The notes under the pieces: generated by a model
Databases searched by the model: none
Seen by the model: only the letters and a program-made list of their open reading frames with translations
Told to the model about the DNA's origin: nothing
Made by a program: the position numbers and the translations under genes
Part shown: positions 26,126 to 32,000 of the stretch, one piece after another
Position numbering within the stretch: the first letter of the stretch is position 1
Layout of the letters: each line of letters opens with the position of its first letter
Source: Nanobdella aerobiophila
Lineage (GTDB): Archaea > Nanobdellota > Nanobdellia > Nanobdellales > Nanobdellaceae
DNA: 32,000 bases
Assembly: GCF_023169545.1 (NCBI RefSeq)
Contig: NZ_AP019769.1
Coordinates: 390,001-422,000 of the forward strand
Direction of reading: 5' to 3'

Positions 26126-27652
26126 ATGATTAGATCATTATTTATAGATCTTGATAAGAAAGAATTTAAAAATGAAATAATAGATAATAGAACTCTCGAT
26201 TATTCTATAATCTTGAATAAGGATATTTATAGGACCTACGAGAGAGATCCTTATAATAACAATCTTACTATACTATCTGCCGGATATATAAAAGATGAAA
26301 ATGATATAACTTCCTTATTAATATATAGGTCACCCATAACAAATTCTTTAGATATAAATATATCTTCATTTGGAAAATATATAAGAAATACAGGAAATGA
26401 CATGATAATATTAAAAGGAAGGTTAGATAAAAAATATTTTATAATAATAGAAAATGACAATGTAATATTTTTAGAGGATGATATAGAAGAAGATATATAT
26501 AATAAAAAGGAAAAATTATATGGAGAATTAAAAAATATATATGGTAACGAAGACTTTATATTATTATTAAACGGTTTAGGATCAAAATATACTATATATG
26601 GAAATTTAATAATATTTAAAGATGATAAGATTAAAGCAACAAAAGGTGGTATAGGCTCGGTTTTATATAATTATCATAATATTTCCGGGATTTCTATCGG
26701 AGGAAATAACCATGTAAAAATAAATGAGATTAAGATAAATGAAAAAAATATGAATTTTCATGAGAACATTAATGATGTATACAACTTAATATATGAAAAA
26801 GTACCCATATTAAATTTTAAAAATATTTATCTGGCAAAAGAAGAAAATAAAAAAATTTTCGAAGATTTTATATATCCTTTGATAAATAATTTGAAGAAAA
26901 AATATCCATATGAGCCTTTTAATATGTTTGGGCCTTTTTTAGGTATATTTGATGAAAATTATATTTCATTATTGATAGATAAGGCAAATAGATATGGTCT
27001 TGATACATTATATTTAGGTTTTATTCTAGGACTTATATTGGAAGGTCTTGCAATGAACAAAGTAAATATAAATGGATTAAATAGTTCTATATTTGATTTT
27101 AATAATTTAGATAGATCAACAGAAAATAATTATAAAATTGTAGATTATCTAATGGATAAAATCGCTTATGAAGAACTATCTATTCTAGGAAAGAATATAA
27201 GATATATTTCTAATATATTTAATCTAGACGATATATCTGTATATGCACCTTTGGGAGAATCTTATTCTGCAGTGTTCAATCCATATATATCATTGGGTTT
27301 GTTTTTACCAAATATAATATATGATAAATATTTTTCAGATCATTTAATGAATCCTACTGATCCAGTTAGCTATGCAGAATTAAATTATGGAAGACTTGAA
27401 TCAACATTTTATATAAATAATTTACATGATAATATATATAATTTTAAAAGGGATAATGTTTTCGTAAAGATGTTAGAGTATCAGAAATTAACAAATTCTA
27501 TGCCTAATTTTAATTATTCAAAAAGATTAAACGATATATACTTGTATATATCCAGAAATTATAATTTAAATTATACTTTTGAAGATTATTTTTTAAACTA
27601 TTATAATAGATATAAAGAATTAATATATAATAATAAAGCCTCCGTAGTGTAG
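26126..27652 (+). CDS. Aldehyde:ferredoxin oxidoreductase (AOR)-family homologue lacking all cysteines
   Basis: The N-domain pattern ...RSPITNSLDINISSFGKYIRNTGNDMIILKGRLDKKYFIIIENDNVIFLEDD... and KGGIGSVLYNYHNISGISIGG resembles AOR (SPLTG..GG.FG..LK.AGYDAIVI.G; RGGLGAVMGSKNLKAI). The central segment EPFNMFGPFLGIFDENYISLLIDKANRYGLDTLYLGFILGLILEG resembles the AOR GLDTIS..G..I...ME region. The 508-aa product contains no Cys. Confidence 0.5.
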   Translation: MIRSLFIDLDKKEFKNEIIDNRTLDYSIILNKDIYRTYERDPYNNNLTILSAGYIKDENDITSLLIYRSPITNSLDINISSFGKYIRNTGNDMIILKGRLDKKYFIIIENDNVIFLEDDIEEDIYNKKEKLYGELKNIYGNEDFILLLNGLGSKYTIYGNLIIFKDDKIKATKGGIGSVLYNYHNISGISIGGNNHVKINEIKINEKNMNFHENINDVYNLIYEKVPILNFKNIYLAKEENKKIFEDFIYPLINNLKKKYPYEPFNMFGPFLGIFDENYISLLIDKANRYGLDTLYLGFILGLILEGLAMNKVNINGLNSSIFDFNNLDRSTENNYKIVDYLMDKIAYEELSILGKNIRYISNIFNLDDISVYAPLGESYSAVFNPYISLGLFLPNIIYDKYFSDHLMNPTDPVSYAELNYGRLESTFYINNLHDNIYNFKRDNVFVKMLEYQKLTNSMPNFNYSKRLNDIYLYISRNYNLNYTFEDYFLNYYNRYKELIYNNKASVV

Positions 27653-27712
27653 CCAGGACAACATTCCGGGCTTCGGTCCTGGAGATCAGGGGTTCGAATC
27701 CCCTCGGAGGCT
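27638..27712 (+). tRNA. tRNA-Arg (anticodon TCG)
   Basis: Acceptor GCCTCCG/CGGAGGC, D stem GTGT/ACAT, anticodon arm CCGGG-CTTCGGT-CCTGG and T arm AGGGG-TTCGAAT-CCCCT. The first 15 nt are also the last codons plus stop of the upstream CDS. Confidence 0.95.
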
Positions 27713-28656
27713 TATATATCCTTATAAATTGTATTATATATTTTATTGATTAGATATTTTATCTTATATATATTTAAATTAAGTATATCTTCATGTTTTA
27801 ATTCTTTAGAAATCTCATTAAAATCGTTTTTATTTAGTTTATTTTCATTAAATAGTTTAATTATTCCTTCTGTAATATCTATATAATCTTCAGGTAAATA
27901 AAAAGATATATCTTCTAGCAATTTTAGAAAATTTATCATGGATTTATCGTCATCAATTATTAAAGGTAATGCTTCGGCTGTATTTATGAATTTATATGCA
28001 TAATCTTTATAATTTTTTCCTTTTTTTGATAATAAATAATTATTTATTATTATATTTGCTAGTGGTGAAAATATAATATCTAATGCTATGTTCATCTTAA
28101 ATCTGTTCAGATATAAATTATATACAGCTTTTATCTTTTTATTTTGTTTATCTAATATAAAATTTTTTATTTCTTTAGTTATATAGATTATATCTCTCTC
28201 TTTTAATCTATAAAATTCTTTTTCTTCTATAATATTTTTTAAATTATCTGTAATTATGCTCAAAGTATTATAGTATTCATAAGAAAATCCAATATTTTTA
28301 GAGAGAGTTCTTAATCTTCTATTATAATCAGTTAAACTATAATAAGAATATGGTAATCTTTTTTTATATAGATCATAATTTTTTATTATATCTATATAAG
28401 ATTTTATATCTAATTCTTTAAATAAGCTATCTATTGATTTTCTTAATAGTTCATCTATATTTTTATAAGTTATTAATTTACTTGATCTTATTGTTTCAAT
28501 AAGATTTCTAGCAAATATTCTTTCTTTTTCATTATTAATATTTATCTTTTTTATATCTTCTTTATTTATCGAATTTATAAAATTTAATATCTCTAATAAA
28601 TCAACATTTGGATTTATATATTTTATATCTATTTGATAGTAATTATCTAAACCCAT
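27712..28656 (-). CDS. Hypothetical protein (314 aa, helical, K/I/N-rich)
   Basis: Long ORF with no recognised motif. Its stop codon shares nt 27712 with the tRNA-Arg discriminator base. Confidence 0.55.
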   Translation of the reverse strand: MGLDNYYQIDIKYINPNVDLLEILNFINSINKEDIKKININNEKERIFARNLIETIRSSKLITYKNIDELLRKSIDSLFKELDIKSYIDIIKNYDLYKKRLPYSYYSLTDYNRRLRTLSKNIGFSYEYYNTLSIITDNLKNIIEEKEFYRLKERDIIYITKEIKNFILDKQNKKIKAVYNLYLNRFKMNIALDIIFSPLANIIINNYLLSKKGKNYKDYAYKFINTAEALPLIIDDDKSMINFLKLLEDISFYLPEDYIDITEGIIKLFNENKLNKNDFNEISKELKHEDILNLNIYKIKYLINKIYNTIYKDI

Positions 28657-28680
28657 TATTTAGTAATAAAAATAGATCTT

Positions 28681-29730
28681 TTATATCTTTTTAATTTTTG
28701 CAATATAAAATCCCTCTGTATCATTATCCCATGGCCATATCCTTACAGTATTTCTTATATCTTCTAGATTTTCTATCTTATATTTTCCATATTCTTCAAT
28801 TATTTCTGATTTATTAAGATTTGGTATGTTTATTTTTTCTATTTTTGCATTTTCTCTCTTTGATAATAAATAATCTACTATAAACTCATTTTCTAATGGT
28901 TCTACAGAACATGTTGAATATACTAGTGTCCCTCCTTCTTTTAAATTATCAAAAGCTTTAATTATTAATTTCTTTTGCAAATAACTCAATCTATTTATAG
29001 CATCGTTGCTCCATATTTTTAATGTCTTATATGATTTTCTTATTGCTCCAGTTCCAGAACATGGTGCATCTAGTAAAATTTTATCGAACTTAATATTTAA
29101 TCTATCTATTTTTAACCCATCCATCATGGTAACTATTGTATTTATAATACCCTGCTTTTGTAAATTTTCACCTAAAGCTCTTATTCTATTTATATCAACA
29201 TCATTTGCTATTATTAATCCCTCATTTTCCATATGCATAGCAATTTGTGTCGTTTTTGAACCAGGTGCAGCGGCGAGATCTAATATCACATCATCTTTTT
29301 TTGGATCCAATGCTATGGGAGGTATCATAGACGCAGCCTCTTGTGGATAATAATAACCTAGTTGGAACTCTACAGTATTTCCTATATCCCGTCTATAACC
29401 ATCTATCCAAAATCCATATTTATAAAATGGTATCCTCTTTATTTCCCAACCATAATCTTTCAATCTGGATAATACTTCTTTTGCCGATATGTTTATTTTA
29501 AATGGATTTTGCCTTAAATTATATATATTATCTATTTCTTTTGATATATATCTTAAATTTTCTTCTTTTATTATGCATTTTAGGTTATCATAATTTATGT
29601 CGTCTATTAATTTTATTGTATTTATTCTTATAGCTTTCTTTAATAGTCTAAAGGACCATTCTAAAAATTTATCATAATCTTTGTCTAATAATCTCTTAAA
29701 ATGCTCTTCAAAGCTTTCTTTTATTTCCAT
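28681..29730 (-). CDS. NOL1/NOP2/Sun-family RNA cytosine-C5 methyltransferase
   Basis: SAM motif LDLAAAPGSKTTQIA, motif IV LLDAPCSGTGAIRK and motif VI GGTLVYSTCS, with both catalytic Cys present. Confidence 0.9.
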   Translation of the reverse strand: MEIKESFEEHFKRLLDKDYDKFLEWSFRLLKKAIRINTIKLIDDINYDNLKCIIKEENLRYISKEIDNIYNLRQNPFKINISAKEVLSRLKDYGWEIKRIPFYKYGFWIDGYRRDIGNTVEFQLGYYYPQEAASMIPPIALDPKKDDVILDLAAAPGSKTTQIAMHMENEGLIIANDVDINRIRALGENLQKQGIINTIVTMMDGLKIDRLNIKFDKILLDAPCSGTGAIRKSYKTLKIWSNDAINRLSYLQKKLIIKAFDNLKEGGTLVYSTCSVEPLENEFIVDYLLSKRENAKIEKINIPNLNKSEIIEEYGKYKIENLEDIRNTVRIWPWDNDTEGFYIAKIKKI

Positions 29731-29782
29731 CAGTCGCTATCTAATCATCATCATTCAGGAGCGTAATGCTTCATCATTAAAA
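29728..29782 (-). ncRNA. C/D box sRNA (2'-O-methylation guide)
   Basis: Minus strand reads a-ATGATGA(C, 29777-29771)-AGCATTACGCTC(12 nt)-CTGA(D', 29758-29755)-ATG-ATGATGA(C', 29751-29745)-TTAGATAGCGA(11 nt)-CTGA(D, 29733-29730). It fills the 57-nt gap between the ppa stop and the methyltransferase ATG. Confidence 0.8.
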
Positions 29783-29787
29783 AATAT

Positions 29788-30294
29788 TTATTTTTTATTT
29801 ACTAAAGCTTCAGTTATAACTTTTTCTGCTTCTAATTTACCCTTAAATTCTTTTATTTTTACATATTTACCTGGCTCTAATTCCTTGTAATGCTCATAAA
29901 AGTGTTTTATTTGGTTTAATATTGCTTCCGGTAGATCTTTTATATCTTTTATACCTGAAAATCTAGGATCTATTTTATCGATTGGGACTGCAATTATTTT
30001 TCTATCTGTACCTTTCTCATCTTCTGTAACTAATACTCCTATTGGTCTTGCGGATATTATAGAGCCTGGGAATAAGATATCATATGATATCACTAATACA
30101 TCCAATGGATCTCCATCTTCTTCTAGTGTTTCTGGTATAAATCCATAATTAAATGGATAAAACATTGCCGTATATAGTATCCTATCTACCCTCATTACTT
30201 TCTCTTCTTCATCAAATTCGTATTTTACATTACTTCCCTTTGGAATTTCTATAAAAACATTTATATCCTCTGGTGGATTCTTTCCAGCTTTCAT
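29788..30294 (-). CDS. ppa: Inorganic pyrophosphatase, family I
   Basis: 168 aa with the signature [25 protein letters not shown] and [10 protein letters not shown]. Confidence 0.95.
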   Translation of the reverse strand: MKAGKNPPEDINVFIEIPKGSNVKYEFDEEEKVMRVDRILYTAMFYPFNYGFIPETLEEDGDPLDVLVISYDILFPGSIISARPIGVLVTEDEKGTDRKIIAVPIDKIDPRFSGIKDIKDLPEAILNQIKHFYEHYKELEPGKYVKIKEFKGKLEAEKVITEALVNKK

Positions 30295-30624
30295 ATTTTA
30301 AAGTTTTTTATTATTTTTATAAATTTAATATTAGAAAATAAAAATATTTTAATATTATATTTGTACTATATAAAAACCTAAATTCAACTAATTTATAACA
30401 TAATATAATATAATTTTAATATTGATTACAATATTTAACTTTATTTATTACTATAGAATCATTAAATAATTAAATATTCCTATATTTTTAGAAAATAATA
30501 CTCATATCTTTTCTAGAATATTTTATAACTCTTCCAATTTAGCTATATAATTATTTCTATTTATTATAGTATGTATAAAGCTAATATATGAAGATGAATA
30601 AATTATATATTCATATCTATAATT

Positions 30625-30647
30625 ATGAACTAGATAATCTAGTTCAT
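30625..30647. repeat. 23-bp palindrome ATGAACTAGAT-A-ATCTAGTTCAT (11-bp arms)
   Basis: Self-complementary by inspection, inside the 588-bp non-coding region. Confidence 0.9.
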
Positions 30648-30882
30648 CCATTTTTTATAATTTTAATATCTTCTTTTATAATTTCTATAACTTTTTTAAC
30701 ATTGAAATAACCTTCAATATCTTTTGATAGAATTACCTTCTAGACTCTTGATTTTTTCATTTAAATCTTATCGTTATTAATTAAAAAATATATTTAAAAT
30801 ATTACCTTATAGTAGTCATATAATTGTTAGATTAATATATAAAATAACTATTTTTATAAACATATTTATCAAAAGATAGGTA

Positions 30883-31080
30883 ATGGGTAGAATATTACAT
30901 AGTAAATTTAGAAGATATGCTGATAAGATACTAGACAAATATCAAGATATATTTACTAACGATTATAAAAAAAATGTGAAGATACTAAATTTAGTATCTA
31001 GAGTACCATCAAAAAGATTGAGGAATAAAGTAGCTGGATATATAACAAAGCAAATGAAATATAGATCACCAGTATCATGA
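30883..31080 (+). CDS. rps17e: 30S ribosomal protein S17e
   Basis: MGRILHSKFRRYADKILDKYQDIFTNDYKKNVKILNLVSRVPSKRLRNKVAGYITKQMK matches the S17e pattern (..PSKRLRNKIAGYIT..). Confidence 0.9.
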   Translation: MGRILHSKFRRYADKILDKYQDIFTNDYKKNVKILNLVSRVPSKRLRNKVAGYITKQMKYRSPVS

Positions 31081-31364
31081 TGGCAGATCAAATCGTAATA
31101 TACATAGGAAATAAACCATTTATGAACTATGTAACAGCAGTAGTAATGCAATTTACAAGCCAAGATGCAAAAGAAGTTTTAATAAAGGCAAGAGGAAGAT
31201 TTATAGCAAGAGCAGTAGATGTAGCAGAAGTAGTAAGAAAGAAGTTCCTATCCGATCAGGTAGATATATCAAAAATAAAAATAGACTCTGAAGAGAGACA
31301 AGTAGATCAGGGAGGAAAGAAAAGAAGAGTATCTACAATAGAAATATTATTAGCAAAGAAGTAA
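31077..31364 (+). CDS. albA: Alba DNA/RNA-binding protein
   Basis: ...IYIGNKPFMNYVTAVVMQF...VLIKARGRFIARAVDVAEVVRKKFL...RVSTIEILLAKK is a canonical Alba sequence pattern. There is a 4-nt overlap with rps17e. Confidence 0.9.
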   Translation: MMADQIVIYIGNKPFMNYVTAVVMQFTSQDAKEVLIKARGRFIARAVDVAEVVRKKFLSDQVDISKIKIDSEERQVDQGGKKRRVSTIEILLAKK

Positions 31365-31451
31365 TATTTTTCAGATTTTATTTTTTGAAATATTATTATT
31401 TTATAAAAGATTATATATTTTTAAACTGTTTATTAAAAATTAAATAATTAT

Positions 31452-31526
31452 AGCGGAGTAGGGCAGCTAGGAGTGCCCGGGGGGCTCATAACCCCCAGGT
31501 CGGAGGTTCAAATCCTCCCTCCGCTA
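31452..31526 (+). tRNA. tRNA-Met (anticodon CAT), initiator type
   Basis: AGCGGAG...CTCCGCT-A with an A1:U72 pair, anticodon stem GGGGG/CCCCC (three or more G:C next to the loop), loop CTCATAA and T arm GGAGG-TTCAAAT-CCTCC. Confidence 0.9.
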
Positions 31527-31530
31527 AATT

Positions 31531-32000
31531 TTATTGAGGTTTTTGCGATAGATATAAATTAAATATATGTTCTAAAGCCTTTTTATTATCATCGAAATCA
31601 TCTTTTTTATATGATTTAGTGCTTTTTATTATATCTTCTAGATTATATAGTTTTGTATTTTTAAAGATAATTGATTTATAATCAAAATAATTATTTTCTC
31701 CTATAATATCTTTGTATATGTCATCTATAAATTTATTATCATTTGTATCGCTAGAACATATAACTTCTGACTCTTCTTTTTTACAATATTTAAATATTTT
31801 TATCTTTTTTATACTATCTATTAAATCTTTAGTATTTTCTAATAATAAAGATTCTAAAGTTTTGCTATTTGTAGGTACTTCTAATCCTGAAGCTATATCT
31901 ATATAATTTATATCATTTCCACCTCTAGTAATCTGATATAATGCAATATCAGATATCGAATATTTATTATCTACTACAGATTTTATTATCAATTCTATCG
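31531..32000 (-). CDS. Hypothetical protein (C-terminal 153+ aa; may continue beyond the window)
   Basis: The ORF is open to the window edge, and the listed start is only a TTG at 31992. No recognised motif. Confidence 0.45.
   Translation of the reverse strand, partial: IELIIKSVVDNKYSISDIALYQITRGGNDINYIDIASGLEVPTNSKTLESLLLENTKDLIDSIKKIKIFKYCKKEESEVICSSDTNDNKFIDDIYKDIIGENNYFDYKSIIFKNTKLYNLEDIIKSTKSYKKDDFDDNKKALEHIFNLYLSQKPQ

Noticed and set aside
26251-26460. 69-aa minus-strand ORF
   Set aside because: Antisense to the AOR-like gene.
29006-29350. 114-aa plus-strand ORF
   Set aside because: Antisense to the m5C methyltransferase, whose SAM and catalytic motifs lie in exactly this stretch.
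29681-29890. 69-aa plus-strand ORF spanning the methyltransferase start, the intergenic gap and the ppa 3' end
   Set aside because: It is antisense to two solid genes, and its middle is the reverse complement of the C/D box sRNA.
30963-31163. 66-aa minus-strand ORF
   Set aside because: Antisense to rps17e and albA.
31712-31906. 64-aa plus-strand ORF
   Set aside because: Antisense to the longer 153+ aa ORF and has shadow-ORF composition. Neither has motif support, and the longer one is preferred.
1-32000. CRISPR arrays, rRNA genes, tRNA introns or split tRNA halves, and inteins in polB
   Set aside because: I looked for regularly spaced direct repeats, long G+C-rich structured blocks, tRNA halves with G+C-rich leader complements, and intein blocks in PolB. 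None was found. All four tRNAs fold as uninterrupted cloverleaves, and PolB motifs A-C are contiguous.

Overview
Extremely A+T-rich, very tightly packed archaeal chromosome segment. Many genes overlap at start/stop codons and most intergenic gaps are under 50 nt. The content is mainly archaeal information processing: aIF2 alpha and gamma, Nop10, Pelota, Alba, L44e, S17e, family-B DNA polymerase, a GINS-like protein, TmcA, CysRS, an m5C RNA methyltransferase and 4 tRNAs including an A1:U72 initiator. SufB/SufS and inorganic pyrophosphatase are also present. A stand-alone reverse-gyrase helicase half, the compaction and the base composition suggest a thermophilic reduced genome of the Nanoarchaeota/DPANN type; this is inference, not proven here. 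The main candidate for an undescribed system is a run of four co-directional genes (9587-13737). All four have very short basic leaders followed by a hydrophobic N-terminus, the class III / type IV prepilin signature. They lie two genes downstream of a FlaK/PibD/EppA-like prepilin peptidase and encode large, Lys/Arg-poor, Asn/Ser/Thr/Tyr-rich, cysteine-paired proteins, so they may form a surface or host-attachment apparatus. Other findings:
- Two textbook archaeal C/D box sRNAs that the ORF track cannot show. One has a D box sharing a nucleotide with the start codon of the RNA m5C methyltransferase gene.
- A G+C-rich, internally deleted TnpB (IS200/IS605) relic that keeps omega-RNA-like hairpins.
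- A cysteine-free aldehyde:ferredoxin-oxidoreductase-like protein.
- tRNA genes wedged between CDSs with no spacer.
- Three atypically long non-coding regions.

No rRNA genes and no CRISPR array were seen.
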